Of a stretch of DNA of 64,000 nucleotides, positions 48,420 through 61,406 are shown piece by piece. The stretch spans positions 80,538,001 through 80,602,000 of the forward strand of contig CM060731.1 in NCBI GenBank assembly GCA_030704615.1, written 5' to 3'. A model generated the notes under the pieces. That model saw only the letters and a program-made list of their open reading frames with translations. It was not told the origin of the DNA and searched no databases. Position numbers and translations under genes: made by a program. Numbering within the stretch: position 1 is the first letter of the stretch; each line of letters opens with the position of its first letter. This stretch comes from Takakia lepidozioides (Eukaryota; Plantae; Bryophyta).

Positions 48420-49959
48420 AAAAAAAAGATAGGAAGGTGAGACCTATTAAATAGGGGATGGTCACGCTTCATGGGGGAAGCAAGTGTTATCTAGGGGTGA
48501 CATGTGTCGCAGGCCAACCTTCTAGACCCCACCGCTTGAGGATGGCCGGCTTCTAGAAGGTCCCACCGGCCTGTGAGGGTATATAAAGAGAGCCGGGCTC
48601 TCTTCCCCTGCGTCTTACTATTTATTAAGTTACTACTTACTAGTACCTAGGGGGCTCTGCACATGCAGGGCCCCAAACCAAAAAAAACGCAAATAGCGGT
48701 ACACCATGCCATAATAAATTAATATCAGCAGAGCAAATGAATAAGGTGAATGAATGGTTCCCCTGTTAGGTTGAAATAATTAGTGGAGTGTATCAATTGT
48801 CCCACAGTCACTGCACTTAAGAAGTTATTATGGTCGCTACTTCTTACATAATTTAACCTAATTTTGAGAATAACATTTATTGAGGCAGAGAATATGACTG
48901 TAATAGATAACAAATAAAACTTAGCCTTGTGGGAGTATGAAAAGTGTAACAAACATAGAGGAATAACACTTCCTGAGGGGAACACTTATTGAGGGTAGAG
49001 GGTAGAGGCTTGTAGAGGCTTGTCCCCACTACCATCAAAATCTGCAAAGATGATTCTCTGGCTTCAGCCACCAAATTCCCTAGAGGTGTAGAGGGTAGAC
49101 TTCGCAGCCAGCCCTGAGTCACTACCATCAAAGTCTGCAGAGATGATTCTTTGACTTTGTCTGCCTACAGGTATGTATATTGTCCACGATATAGGCTGCT
49201 AGCTAGGGAATTACCAAAAAGACTGTGATTTGCAATGCATTGCAATTCAATTGGTCACATACCAAAAATGCACAATTCAATTGAACTACCAGAAACACCT
49301 TGAACTCAGGAAACTACCCAAAGTCACTTGGATAGGTCATAAAATAGTGAAAATAGAGCTTTGTCACAGAAGTCTCAGTCCGCAGTGTGAATGGCTACCA
49401 CCTATCACTATCTTAGTCCCTTTGGTACTCTACTGCTTACCAGGAAGGACAGATTACCATAGCAAACCCGCCTTCTAAATTACTCACCATTGAAAGCCCT
49501 AAACTACCTAGCCTCCGCCACACAAATTTGGTTGGGGCGCTCAAAACAAGAGGCCCTACGGGGTTTCGCAAGTCAAAAACGTCTGCAAGACTGGACCCCA
49601 CAAACTCTCTCTCTGTCTCACTCTCTCTCATAGGCCATAACTACAACCATTTGTCCCAGATTGAGCCCTACCCAAGGCATTTAAAAGGAGCAAATTGGGG
49701 AGTTTATTACCTCTACAAGAACAAAAGATTCCCTTATCGAGGACTCGCTGGGCCTGAGGCTCTGTGGCTATCTAAGCACACTGGCCTTGGGTCACCTTCC
49801 TCTTCCTATCGTTCTTCTCCGCCCTCCTCCTCTTTCTACTTTCCCCAAACTGGGCGTGGGGTTTTATGGCGACAATATGGAAGATTAGTCTAATGACTAG
49901 ATTGGTTGCTATCTAGCAAATGAGCTACTTTAGAAACAATGAGGTTCTGCATCCATGCA

Positions 49960-52900
49960 TCAAATAGTGGGCTCTTTCCTGTACTCTCTTAAGATCACCG
50001 GTACACTGGTTGGAGGAACCTGCAACCATTCGAGTCCACAGGAACCATCAGCAGCCAGCAACAGAGAGCTTACATGATGGACTATTCACATACTGACCAG
50101 AAGTGGAAGAAATTTTACTAAACCCTACCTCACTTTTGCACTGTTTCTCCAATTGGTCTTCAGCAACAGAAACACTACAGAGACGACTAGACTGTAAGTT
50201 TCCATCCGCCAAGATCATACCCTGTATCCTGGCCAAACTCAGCTAGGAATGCAGTTTAAAGTGAATCCTGCTAATCTGAAAAGACCTAGGTGATTAGATG
50301 CCAAACAACAGCATGCAGTCCAATGACTGCATGGCAAAAATTCCCACACAAGACCTTCCTTGAATTCTAGATTTTTTGGCATCATCCACTTGGCAAAGGT
50401 GGCTTTGACCAGTGGCTGCTGGGTTCTACAAGACTTGGTCTCTATCAAGAACGCATATTCTTAGTATGACACCATCATGATTTAACGTTGCAGGCAACAA
50501 GAAGGTCTTTCATAACTGACAAGTTTTGGATATCACATACCATGCCAAGCTCAGTGATGATCATAGACACATAGTCTGCGGGCGTAGCATCATAACTGCA
50601 CCCAAACCCCATTGGTGTCATCCTGGAGTGATTTTCACACAGACCAGTGATGACTGATACACATTGTCAAGCAAAGTTTCATGGCACATTATGAGAGAAA
50701 GAGAAACGGATCTACCCATCTGACTTCAAACCCTTGCACCTTATTTGGATGAAACGGGAATAGGGATACCAGCAGGGGAGAAACCTGTTGGCCACTATGG
50801 TTCCAAGATTGTAGTGGGACATCCATTCTGCCCCTCCAAATTTTCTGAAGGGGCACTATGGAGCCATTATTTCAAGATAGTAGTAGTGGAACTTACATTC
50901 TAGCCCTCCAGGTTCTCAGAAAGCTCTCACCATAGCACAATTTGATTCAGACAAACAATTCAAAAAACACACAAGAAAGGGCACACGGGACACAGTAGAA
51001 TACCAACAGTTGAAACTAAGACAGACTCATGCAAGTAAGCAGCCAAAAACATTGTTTCATCAAAAGTAAAGACTTAAGCTAGAGAATAAAGCTTTCCGTC
51101 CACTGGGGGCCAACAAAATAAAGTAGAACTCGGAGAGGGGAGAAAGAGAGCAAGAGACATGTACTGAGAGCATAGTCCCCACTGGATACTAGCCCTCCAA
51201 AAGCCAGAATTTCGATCTGAGGTTCACCCTAAAATTGCAATCGCACAATCCAGTTACAAGGGATTGTGTCTTTAAGCATGAGCTAGTTCAGACGTCAAAG
51301 TAGAACATATCTGGAAATCTCAAGTAACACGTCGAGATGTAGTGCCTCATGCAAATAAGCTGCTAAGCACTTGGTCCTCATACTTGAAGGGCATCTCCCA
51401 GGGAGAACGAAATTTAAAAAAGGAAAGAGAAGAAAAGGGGGAAAACATGCACCTCCCCAAGACCCAGAAATAATGTATTGATGGCCCACCAACAGTGTGT
51501 ATCATCTACCCTTAAGCCCATAATTCCCACCCTTTGGGACCTGATTATGGGGTTTCAGCCCACCCAACCGGACTCAAACCCGAAATTTCTCCCGTATCGC
51601 CAACAACACTCCAGTTAGAGGGAATGAGGCTATGATGAACCACCAGCCATAGACATCATGTAAGAAACTGAAGTGTTGAGACACAGACATTACTAACCTC
51701 CCCTACATGATGGGAATTTACAAACTACACAAACAGAAGTACCGCTGGATTACCAATGCCCACAATTGTATTTTCAGCGAACTTGCCTGTCTATTGACAC
51801 GTGCCACCATGGACCTATTGCCTTGGGTAAAGGAATGGGTCAAAGCACGGCTTGATACTTATGAGAATTTTTTCAAAGTGTCCACTTCCATGTGTACTAC
51901 ATTCACAACTATGCTTGACCAATCTACAAAAGAAATAAACAGTCAAGCGGAAAAATGTACGAAGGCAGAAGAAGGTCCAAGTGAAGAAGGGGAGCCATCA
52001 TGGCGTCATAAGGTCTGGAATCAAGACAAAAAGCCTCGCAATGGAAAACGCACGTGAGGTTAAGTAATTGCAGGTGCTCATTGTTGGCCCAGCCATCCAG
52101 GGTGCTCAAATCACTCCTCCCGGGTACCTTCACCAATGCGTCAGGATCACCTGTAAACCAGCCTTCCACATCTCAATACAAGAGCATTCACCATTGCCTG
52201 ACCCTTTCCTTCTCACTCTTTCAGGAATCAAATAATGTATTTCGATCATTGAGCCTGGATGGCGAAAATGAAGGACACTCAGAACCAGAAAGATACTTAG
52301 AGAGCCAATCTAAGAGTACCAGACAAACTGACTGTATCGTGACAATGACCACCAATTACCCCCCCCACTGACTTCATCAGTTCCCCACAGAGGGTACAGA
52401 CGTACATTTTCTGTCAACACAGAAAGACTCAGCCAAGACATTGTTGTAGCCTTCATATCATAGAAACTCCAGACTCAACCACAAGAAAAGAGAGAAACGC
52501 ACACAACCTAGCTAACATGCACCCAGAATGTCTCAATTAGGCTGGCCACAGTTGTATTACTTGCACTGATGTCTAGTGTTATAGAAAACACTTCAGTCCC
52601 AGCCTCCATCCCATGTTTTTCACTTTCCAAAGGGAGAAGGTGAGGAGGTACCGAGCTCATTGGAGCAGATAGAGTCAAGCTGCACTCGCTCATGGAATTT
52701 GTATGTCTCACAGCATATCATCACTGGCACACTGAGTGCATGTGCCACCATGGCCACACATGCCGTCCCGACTCTTGAATAGACAGTCCCATTTGACAGG
52801 ACAGAGGAGGCACCCAGAAACACTCGTGTCACCTCCTGCATGATATATGATGATGCATTCATATGGGTATATGTACATTGTAATCCCCCCTGTAAAAGAC

Positions 52901-55900
52901 GGCGCAAGAGACCTCTTCCCTCAAGCTTTGGTCGCGAGTCTACAACCACCACCCGGAACTTCTTGCCCATCTCGTGGGCCCTCAATAGAATCATTTCGAC
53001 CACACATGAGTAACCGTGTGTTAGAAGTACGTCACCATCACGAATTTTCTCTACGGCATGACGCACAATTTCCTTGTCGGCGAATACAATCTTCTCTTGT
53101 ATGAACGTATCGATGTCAGCCACCAAAGATGCCTTTGCCTCTGCCTCAGGAAGAGTCACTGTCAGCTTCGCAATCCGTGTCTTAAGAAATTTGATGGCAT
53201 TGCCCATGCTGATAGATAAAGGCCTGCAACAGATAAATACTACTTCAGCTAATGCTTTCAACCTGGCAAGTCTTTGGTTGCTATTTTGTGGTGTAACAGA
53301 ATGGATAATTACGATCTGGATAGCCTTTACCATTTGAAAGAAAGCCATTTTCTAGGATGGAGGATTCCTGTCGAATCCTGTCCCCTGGCATTGTCAAAAC
53401 AATGCTTATGAGCCCCAAGACGGGGGAGGGGAGGGGGACACTATGAATTGGATGGGACGATTATTATCATCCTTTTTAGGTGCCGGGGCATATTACAGAA
53501 TGTGACACTGCAGGCCGGTGGCTATATTTGCTTTCCTGAATCCTGACACTACATGAGAGAGAAATATTCTGCATGAGCTAAATGGCACAGGCAGGGGGTG
53601 GGGCCACTGCAAATTGGATGAAACAACTTCCGTCACCTCATGCAGATCACTACCACTCTGGAATCCTTACAAGGCAGTAAACTGCCCAGGCACAGAAAAG
53701 ACTATGACCCTACAGGTAGCTATGTTTACTTGCCTGGATCCTCACGCTGCATGAGAGACAAACGTCTACATGAGCTAAATGGTTCATTCCTTAGAGACGA
53801 GGGAGAGCTGGATAAAAGCTTTCACCCTCAATCCTCATCAAACCAAATAGAATGGTAGAAATCTTGAGCTTCCTCCTCTAAGTTTTACTTGCCTGCAAGT
53901 AATGAGAAACGAGACATGGCTGTTGATCTTAGCCATTAAATCGCGCACCAACGTCTTCTCAGCAGGGGTGCTGTAGTCCAAAATCATGTCACGCAGTGCC
54001 ATCAACATGGCCACGCACCGTGCATTACCCCCTACAATATCACCTGTAAGGTATTGAAGGCCCACCTGCAACCACCCAATAGGGCATTGTTTTAAATTGA
54101 GAGAATGTACTCATAAAACTTTGGTTGAGAGAGAGAGGTGTTTGTGTGTGTCTACTCATGAGACATTGTTTGCCATAGCCTTGTGGCCATAAACCCCGCA
54201 CCCAGTTTGGGCGAAACAAGTGGGAACAGACACTACCTTTGTGAGGGGCTCACTCCAGTAGTCGGATTTACCTTAATATAAACAATTGATTTGGGCTTTC
54301 CAGATTTCCTCTAGAAATCCCTTCACACAAGCATCAATCTGCTGTGTCAGCAGCCCAGCAACTAGACCCCCAACAGGGCCAGGGCTTTAGGCTCAGTCTT
54401 GAGATTTGAAAGTTGGTGAACAGAGGTGCAGTACTATGTTCTTGAGAGAATGTACTCATAAGACGTTGTTTGCCGTCGCTCTCTGATGAGAATACCCCGG
54501 ACATAGTATCAGAAAATGGGTCTTGTCTTTAGGCCGCCTGCACATCAGGCATTGACGAACTCCCTTTCCTCTCTGCATTTCAAAGGTGGACTCCCCGCTT
54601 TAAATTTCAGTCTGGCGCGGAGGTTAGGTAGGCCCTTCAGATCGTCCTTGAGGCCCTCATGAAAGTCACAAACTGGAAACAAGTTCAGGGAAGTTTTATG
54701 CTATGTTGAGAGAGAATGTACTCATAAGACATTGTTTGCCGTAGCCTTGTGGCCATTGACCCCGTGCCCAGTTTGAGCGTTCTTGAGAGAGAGAGAGACT
54801 GTATGTGCAAAACAGACCAACCACTGGGTGGAAAGGATCTACTAACCTGCAAAATAGGAGAGTCCGGAATTTTAAGTGATAGTACCTTGTAGACAGCTGG
54901 ATGTGGATGGAGGATATCATCTTGAAAGAACTTTGCCTCCAAAGAGGGCAGCTGTGTTCCATGAACAAACTGTGGCAAATGCCTGAAAAGCTCAACTCGG
55001 TTCTTGGTCTCTGTTTGATCAACTAGTGAGCGACGTTTAGCCTTGGCCACACGTTGTTCATCATCAAACTGCAGGCGGGGTGCCGGCACCTCTTTCTTCT
55101 TCTCCTTTTCTGTTCCCTTTTCCATTCCCTTCTTTTCCGATGTCTGAGGTGCCTTGCGCTCTGTCACAGTGTCCTTCTTCAACTTGGGAGCCTTGGGTTC
55201 CCTTTGTACCTCACCACCATCCCCACTTGCTGTCTTACTTCCGACTGCAGGGAATAAATTTTGACAAGCACATGGAGTCAGGTGAAACTCATAAAACCAG
55301 GAGCGCATGTTGGCTTTGTAGGATTGCCCTGATAGTACATGGCATCAATAGAGCAAGGGAAAAAGATGAAGCTGATTGAGTGCTGAATAGCTCTCTCTAG
55401 GGCTCCTCATCTGAAGGTCGCAAGGAGAGCAACCTGAAAGCCAGAGCTTTGTTTCTTGCTGATAATAAAAGATATACTGAGGGGTAGGGACAGGAGAAGG
55501 GTGATTATCCACACCACAACACTTACTGGTTTCTTTGGCAGCTGCCTTGGCAGCCCGCTGCGCCTCCTGCATTGCACGCCTTTCTGCTTTTGATGTCCTC
55601 TCCTTCAGTGGCTTGGACACTATCATTAAACATAAGCACAAAACAGTCACCCTTTTCACCACCTTAATCACACTGACCACCACTTCTCAGGAACAAACTG
55701 CAATATGTCTCAACATCCCTAGGCAGAATTGCATCAGATCAGATATGAACAACATTAATACCTTCAGATGCAACTGTAGAGGACTCCGTAGCCACATTCT
55801 GTGGTACGCTCCCTGCCATGACAGGCAGCCCTTGCTGTGGAGGCACCCCCTTGTTAAGCCTGCCCCCAATCGAGCCAACCACTGTTGGCATCGATGTTGC

Positions 55901-57403
55901 AACAGAATTTGTGGTACGGTTATTTACCCTGTCTGAGAATCTCTCGATTGTGCTGGCTGTCGGACGGCGCACGGGTGACAGCTCGCTAACAGTTTCGGTT
56001 GCCACACTGCCAAAGCCCCCGTTGATGCTCCCTGCGCTCAGACATGTGAGTTTCCTTACAAGGAAACTAAGAAGATTATCATAATGCTGAAAGCTACTGC
56101 AGGCCAGTTTGATACCTTGAAGAATACGGGAAACTAACTAATGTAACCCCTGGACTCTAAACTTTCATCCCAATGCGCTGCATAGTAAGAACCCAAAAGA
56201 AAAGTTGAAAATAAAGAGGTATCTAGTCAAGAGATGATAAATTGATAATAATTATGAACTCCTCAGTCAACCAAAACTTGGCCACCAGATATGGACAGAA
56301 AAATTGAGACTAACAACAGGCACCAAATCATAGGGACAGCCCAGCTATCCTCTACCCCTCCACACGGGGATCACTTCAGGGGCTAAACCAGTACAGAGCT
56401 GGAGCGAGACAACCACTCAGTTATCTGCTGCATGAGCCACTGGCGAATGCTTTTGTGTATGTAGTTCATAACTGATGGTAGGTTCTTTGTTAATGGATGT
56501 AAAGTAATTTCCAGTAGTGTAGAAGGAAACGATTGGGTGTAGTGGCCCCTTTTCCCCTCACTTGGAACGTGTTACTGTTGCAAGCAGGTCCGCCCTCTCC
56601 CTCTTATCTATATAACTGTAGAGAAGGGCAGGTTTGTTCTGTCCATTAAAGTGTTGACTTACGTGGAATTGTGGTCAGAAAACAACTCAATCGGGAAGTA
56701 GAGGTGAATAAGTGGTCAGGTCTAAGGTCCTCGGTGTTACAACTTGTAAACCTGTAGGTGGGGCATTGCCTCTGCGGGCCTGCGAGTTGTGACCCAATTG
56801 TTGCTTCATTCAGACACACATCCGGGTAGACAAACCTTGGATTGTTGCAGGGTAACACAGGTAGTCTCCATGGAGTGATCCTAATTACAATTTCAGAAAC
56901 TCCGAGATTTGGAGACTGACTTAGCAAATTACTGATGACTGAGACAAGAATAAAAGCTAGGGCATACCGACCATACCGACGAGAACAATCTTAAGAACAA
57001 AGAGAACGCTACGACCTGATTCAGAGGATAAGCACACCATTGATGTGATCGGAAATGATGGAAACAACAGCATACCTATCTTGCTCGACGGTAAAGACGA
57101 ACTCCCCAGTACGGTATCAGAGGGATTGTAGCTACCCAAAGGCATGGAAGGCTCTCCCGCATCCCCAACCCGGTTGCGAGTTGGCGAGGGTACATTCATT
57201 GGCGCTGCCTTCTGGGGAATATCCAGGGGCCGCGGGGGCGCGATGATCACAGGTGATGGTGAATTTGCAGCTACCACAACGGCCCCCCCTGCAGTGCCCG
57301 CCCCAGGGATACCTGCCGGCTCGGGAGCCTCGGAGCCGGGGGTGACAAAGCCGACTTGGCGCACCTTGGGATCTATCACACTGCGCCCGCGCCTCGCATC
57401 CAT
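49960..57403 (-). CDS. Translation initiation factor eIF2B subunit delta, multi-exon
   Basis: MDARRGRSVIDPKVRQVGF, KAERRAMQEAQRAAK, VELFRHLPQ, GGNARCVAML, RPLSISMGNAI, VVVVDSRPKLEG, CETYKFHERVQLDSICSNELG, VPPTSVPVILREY. Confidence 0.92.
51295..51430 (-). mobile_element. LINE fragment related to 26233-26775
   Basis: [12 protein letters not shown] matches [11 protein letters not shown] near 26596-26630. Confidence 0.6.
51690..51900 (+). mobile_element. Possible Penelope-like reverse transcriptase fragment
   Basis: LPYMMGIYKLHKQKYRWITNA resembles the PLE RT motif LPxxYxxPKxHK...RxI. Confidence 0.4.
54098..54800 (-). repeat. Cluster of family A repeats interrupted by a LINE C-terminal fragment (~54478-54680)
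   Basis: Family A cores at ~54100, 54150, 54445 and 54708; minus-strand ARLKFKAGS...DKTHFLILCPGYSHQR. Confidence 0.7.
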
Positions 57404-57749
57404 GGCTGCCTCGCTCAGAACTAATCCAGGTACATGCCCTCCTCCGTCACCCTCTCTTTCTCCCGTGCTGCTTCTACAGCGGTCCTACCTATGCCGGCAT
57501 TGTATAATAATCATGCTTCTCCTTCCCAATCTTCCACCTTGCTTCCCCAAGACGCTAAGTTACTCTTCTCCACCTGCCATTGCGCCAATTCGCACACGAG
57601 GCTGATGAATCCAGCACCAACAACCCTGCACATCACGATTCACTCCCCGCACAGAAATCCTTGATGCATTTATGGCCTGGACGATTGCTTGCCCTAGCTT
57701 TGCGGGACTCCGTCCAAGTGAGCTCCCCCTCCATAGCCCTCTTCATTCC

Positions 57750-57773
57750 GAAACCCTAGGCATAAACCCTAAA
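57750..57773. promoter_or_regulatory. Paired telo-boxes in the eIF2B-delta / sHSP divergent intergenic region
   Basis: AAACCCTAG and AAACCCTAA; telo-boxes are typical of plant translation-factor promoters. Confidence 0.5.
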
Positions 57774-58137
57774 AGTAGGCAGCCACGTCGGCGGGTTGTT
57801 AACTAACTTGACGATGCGCTGCTACAATTATAGTTAGCGACAGTTAAGGGTTATCATTGGGAGTGGATGATGGATGATAAATCGGTGCATCCGACTTGGC
57901 AGGTAGGCCACCTGAACCACTCCACAGTGGTGTCTGCTCGTCTGCTCGTCTGGACTGGACCAGTCAGTGCATGTCCCTCCCACCGAGGATCGTAACGCCT
58001 GCTGTGCTGTGCTGCTGCTGCTGCTCCTCTTACGATTTCCGTATCCTTGTTTATCTCTGGTTTCTTGGTTTCTGGGTTTTTTTCGACTCTGGAATTTGAG
58101 CGTAGTTAACTTCTGCCTAGAGGTGAGAGATTTTGCA

Positions 58138-58999
58138 ATGGAGGTTCTCGTATTGGACACAGACCCAATGTTGACTGCGATTCACCAGGTGATGCATCAT
58201 CCAGAAGAGATGCACAAGATAGTGAAGACCTCTGTGCAACGTCCACAGGTGAATGACTCAAAGGCACTGGAAGGTACGCCCGTGGATGTGAAGGAGCGCA
58301 GCGACTCCTATGTCTTTGTTGCCGACATTCCTGGCCTCAAGCGCACTGATATTGAGGTTCCTTTTCCATACCTGCTCCCCACCCCCTCTCGAAATGCTCG
58401 TAGAACGTTTGTGGCAAGGTCATTGTCCCTGCGGTCTGCTAGCCATCTGCAGGCGCTAGTCTCAACCACCAGGTTATGAAAATTTAACCCACATTCCGTA
58501 GCTCGGTCACTCTCAGCCGCTGACTATCTGGTCATAGGACGTGAGGGTTGATGTCGGGGCTGGAATAGGAAGCATCTTGTTGTTAGCTAGAAGCAGTGCT
58601 GTCGTAGCCCTTTGACAGTATGAACTTCACTAGATGGTGCATTTTTGCTGCTTCGGAAGATTTCAGAGTTCGAAGCAAAACACAGAATCATTCCATAATC
58701 GCCAATTGTATTGCAGTAGACCGGGGATATAAGAACTAAATCACATCCTCGCTCTTTCATGCAGGTGCAAGTTGAGAATGAGAATGTCCTGACTATGAGA
58801 GGGAAGAGAAAACTTGAAGAAAAGGCAGAGGAAGATACTACATATCTGCGACGTTAATGCGCAAGTTCACCCTCCCCGATGATGCAAACATGGATGCCAT
58901 ATCTGCATCCTGTTCAGATGGTGTGTTGACAGTCACTGTACCCAAGCTCCCACCTCCAGAGCCTACAAGCCGAAGACTGTCGAAATTCCAGTCAGCTAA
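58138..58999 (+). pseudogene. Cytosolic small heat-shock protein (class II/III-like) pseudogene; exons 58138-58356, 58765-58999
   Basis: [31 protein letters not shown]; the conserved MERxxGKF segment is deleted, causing a frameshift and TAA at ~58855; second frameshift near 58963. Confidence 0.82.
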
Positions 59000-60825
59000 T
59001 GGGGCATTACTTCATCTTCAGCTTCTCAGATGACTTTGACATGGAGTTTCTGAGCAGATGAGATGATACATCACTGTCTCTCCTGGTGAGCCTATGAGTG
59101 ACACGGGTGGAGGTGCAAAGCGTTGAGAGTTTGAAGCTCTAGGTGTACTAGAATTGACTTTGAGCTAATGTAGAGACTGTGTCCTTGGTCCCAGGAGAGA
59201 ATCATTTCTATGTGAGGGAAATGGGGGGCTACAGATAGCAGAAAGCAAAGGAGTTCAACATCACCAGAGGATGAAGTTCTAGATCATTTTGTGTACTCAG
59301 GTTCTTGAACTTCAAGGAAATCAGCCAAATGCCTGTCAGGCTGAACTATTAATGTTGTTCTGCTGAACGAGATAAATTCCTAGATGGTGCAATATGAGCA
59401 GATGTGTAGAGTTGAAGGAAATCTCATCTGATCCAATGCGAATATGATCTAAAGGATTATTGGGAAAGAAAACGTGAATTCTGAGACGGAATGGTTGCGA
59501 CTGGGTAGCATTTTGGGCTCTCCTTCATTGACCATTGTTTGCGACGAGGGTAAATTATTAAGGTTTTAGAGTGAATTCCTGATCAAATCTTATCTAGAGT
59601 CTACAAAGACTGAGAAGCAGACTTTCACCCACAGCCGGCATTCAGCTAAGAATGTTGTATACATTGTAAGAAGAAAACTATCATTGCAAGTCCCTAGTGT
59701 TCCACGTCGATGGGCCAGCTTGCTAGTTCAAAACCAAGAGACAGATGTAATCACCTTCCCGCCCAACGGGCAGGAAGTACATATGGGGGAACAGTACTCT
59801 CATCTTACTATCTGAGCTAGTGCTCTGTCGCCTGAGAAAATCCTTCAGGTTGTCACCCCTCCTTCCACTACCTTCCATAGCCTGACAGGGAGTGTTAGCC
59901 TGTCCTAGCCTTAGGACTGTAAGGACGTCGGTCCTAATTTCCATTAATGCAAAGAAGCCTTGTGCATATGAGCTGTGTGTATTATGGATGCATGTACCAA
60001 GTGAGTCAAAACTTGGTTGATGTTACAGTGTATTGAAGCTACCTCCAATAGGTTATGGGCCCACTCCTACAGTTTCTTTTCACAAAGCTGCGTCAGAGTG
60101 ATCCAGAGTCCGCACCTAGTACCAAACCAAGTCATACCACATTCAAATCATACAGTTATCCATAGAATCCTGATTCTTCACCAAGGCCAGACCTCTACCT
60201 CCTCCTCCCTCAGCCCATTCTTGTGTTTCGGGCTGACAATGACAGCCTAGAATTGTTCCACCAAACACCCCAACCCTACACGTATCACACTAGGTCCTAT
60301 GCTGACTTGCATCTGCTTCCAACAGGCATCTGTATTTCGATACTTTCCTGTCGACCACATTGTCGTTAACAAGTCAAAATCGCTCCAAAACCACCATAGA
60401 TCCACCAACGAGCTAACTTGCAGAATTCAACATGAAAATTTAGGGACAACTCTGATAACAGGAAAAACAGGCTGAAATGTGTTGAAGAAGGAGCCTTCAT
60501 TAGCAATGTCTTGTTCTATCAATTGTGCTGCTGCCGCTGTTGTTTCCAGTTGACCATCTACCCACGCAGGTTTCTTGTAGCTATTGATCCACAGGGAATC
60601 AGAAGTAATATTGTGTTTGAGATCCGGCCCTCTTGGATGAATCTGGACCTCTATCCCTGGTCCTTCAGCTATACCTGCCTGTGTACCAATCATGAATACA
60701 ACCTCAGCCTTGCTGCTAGCAGCTGACACCGACGGCGTGAAGTTCTTCCAGCAACCACCCCAACCCTAATGATGAGAGGGCAGTCTACCCACTTATTAGA
60801 AGGCACTGGTTGGCCTTCATCCACG

Positions 60826-61146
60826 GCATTCATCCAGAGGGAAATGGCTATTGCAAGTGCATGCGAGAGTGTTGGATGAGGACGTTTTCATCCATTCAAG
60901 AATCATGTGGCATTACGGCATTCACCCATAGAGAAATGGCTATGGCGAATCTTGGATGAGGACGTTTTCATCCATTCAAGAATCATGTGGCATTACGGCA
61001 TTCACCCAGAGAGAAATGGCTATGGCGAATCTTGGATGAGGACGTTTTCATCCATTCTAGAATCGTGTGGCATTACGGCATTCATTCAGAGAGAAATGGC
61101 TTTTGCGAATCTTGGATGAGGAAGTGTTCATCCACTCAAGAATCAT
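60826..61146. repeat. 80-bp tandem repeat (~4 copies) containing nTTCnnGAAn HSE-like cores
   Basis: TTGGATGAGGA starts at 60872, 60952, 61032 and 61112; CATTCAAGAATC / CATTCTAGAATC in the first three units. Confidence 0.9.
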
Positions 61147-61245
61147 CTGAATAGTATGCGTCGTTCATCCATACCAACCTATTCAACAGCCACCGGAAAC
61201 ACGTTGGCAATCAACCGATAACTGCCACGTGTTGGAGCACACGGT

Positions 61246-61292
61246 TGGAAGGTTCTGGGCCCGACGCTTCTGGAAACGACAGTCGTTATATT
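61246..61292 (+). promoter_or_regulatory. Proximal HSEs and TATA-like box of the sHSP
   Basis: GGAAGGTTCT, CTTCTGGAAA, then TTATATTT about 120 bp upstream of the ATG. Confidence 0.6.
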
Positions 61293-61406
61293 TGCTCGTG
61301 ATCACTCGCAGGCATCGCTGCTCTCTGTGTTTCTGATCACTTGCTTCGACTTTCCCTGCCCGAGAGATTGTAGATTGTCTTGAGAGCATTGTTGGTACAT
61401 CAAGCG

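Noticed and set aside
52620-53348. 242-aa ORF as a standalone gene
   Set aside because: It is an internal eIF2B-delta exon with read-through into flanking introns
59723-60729. Minus-strand ORFs between the sHSP genes
   Set aside because: No recognisable domain; possibly an old TE relic but unsupported
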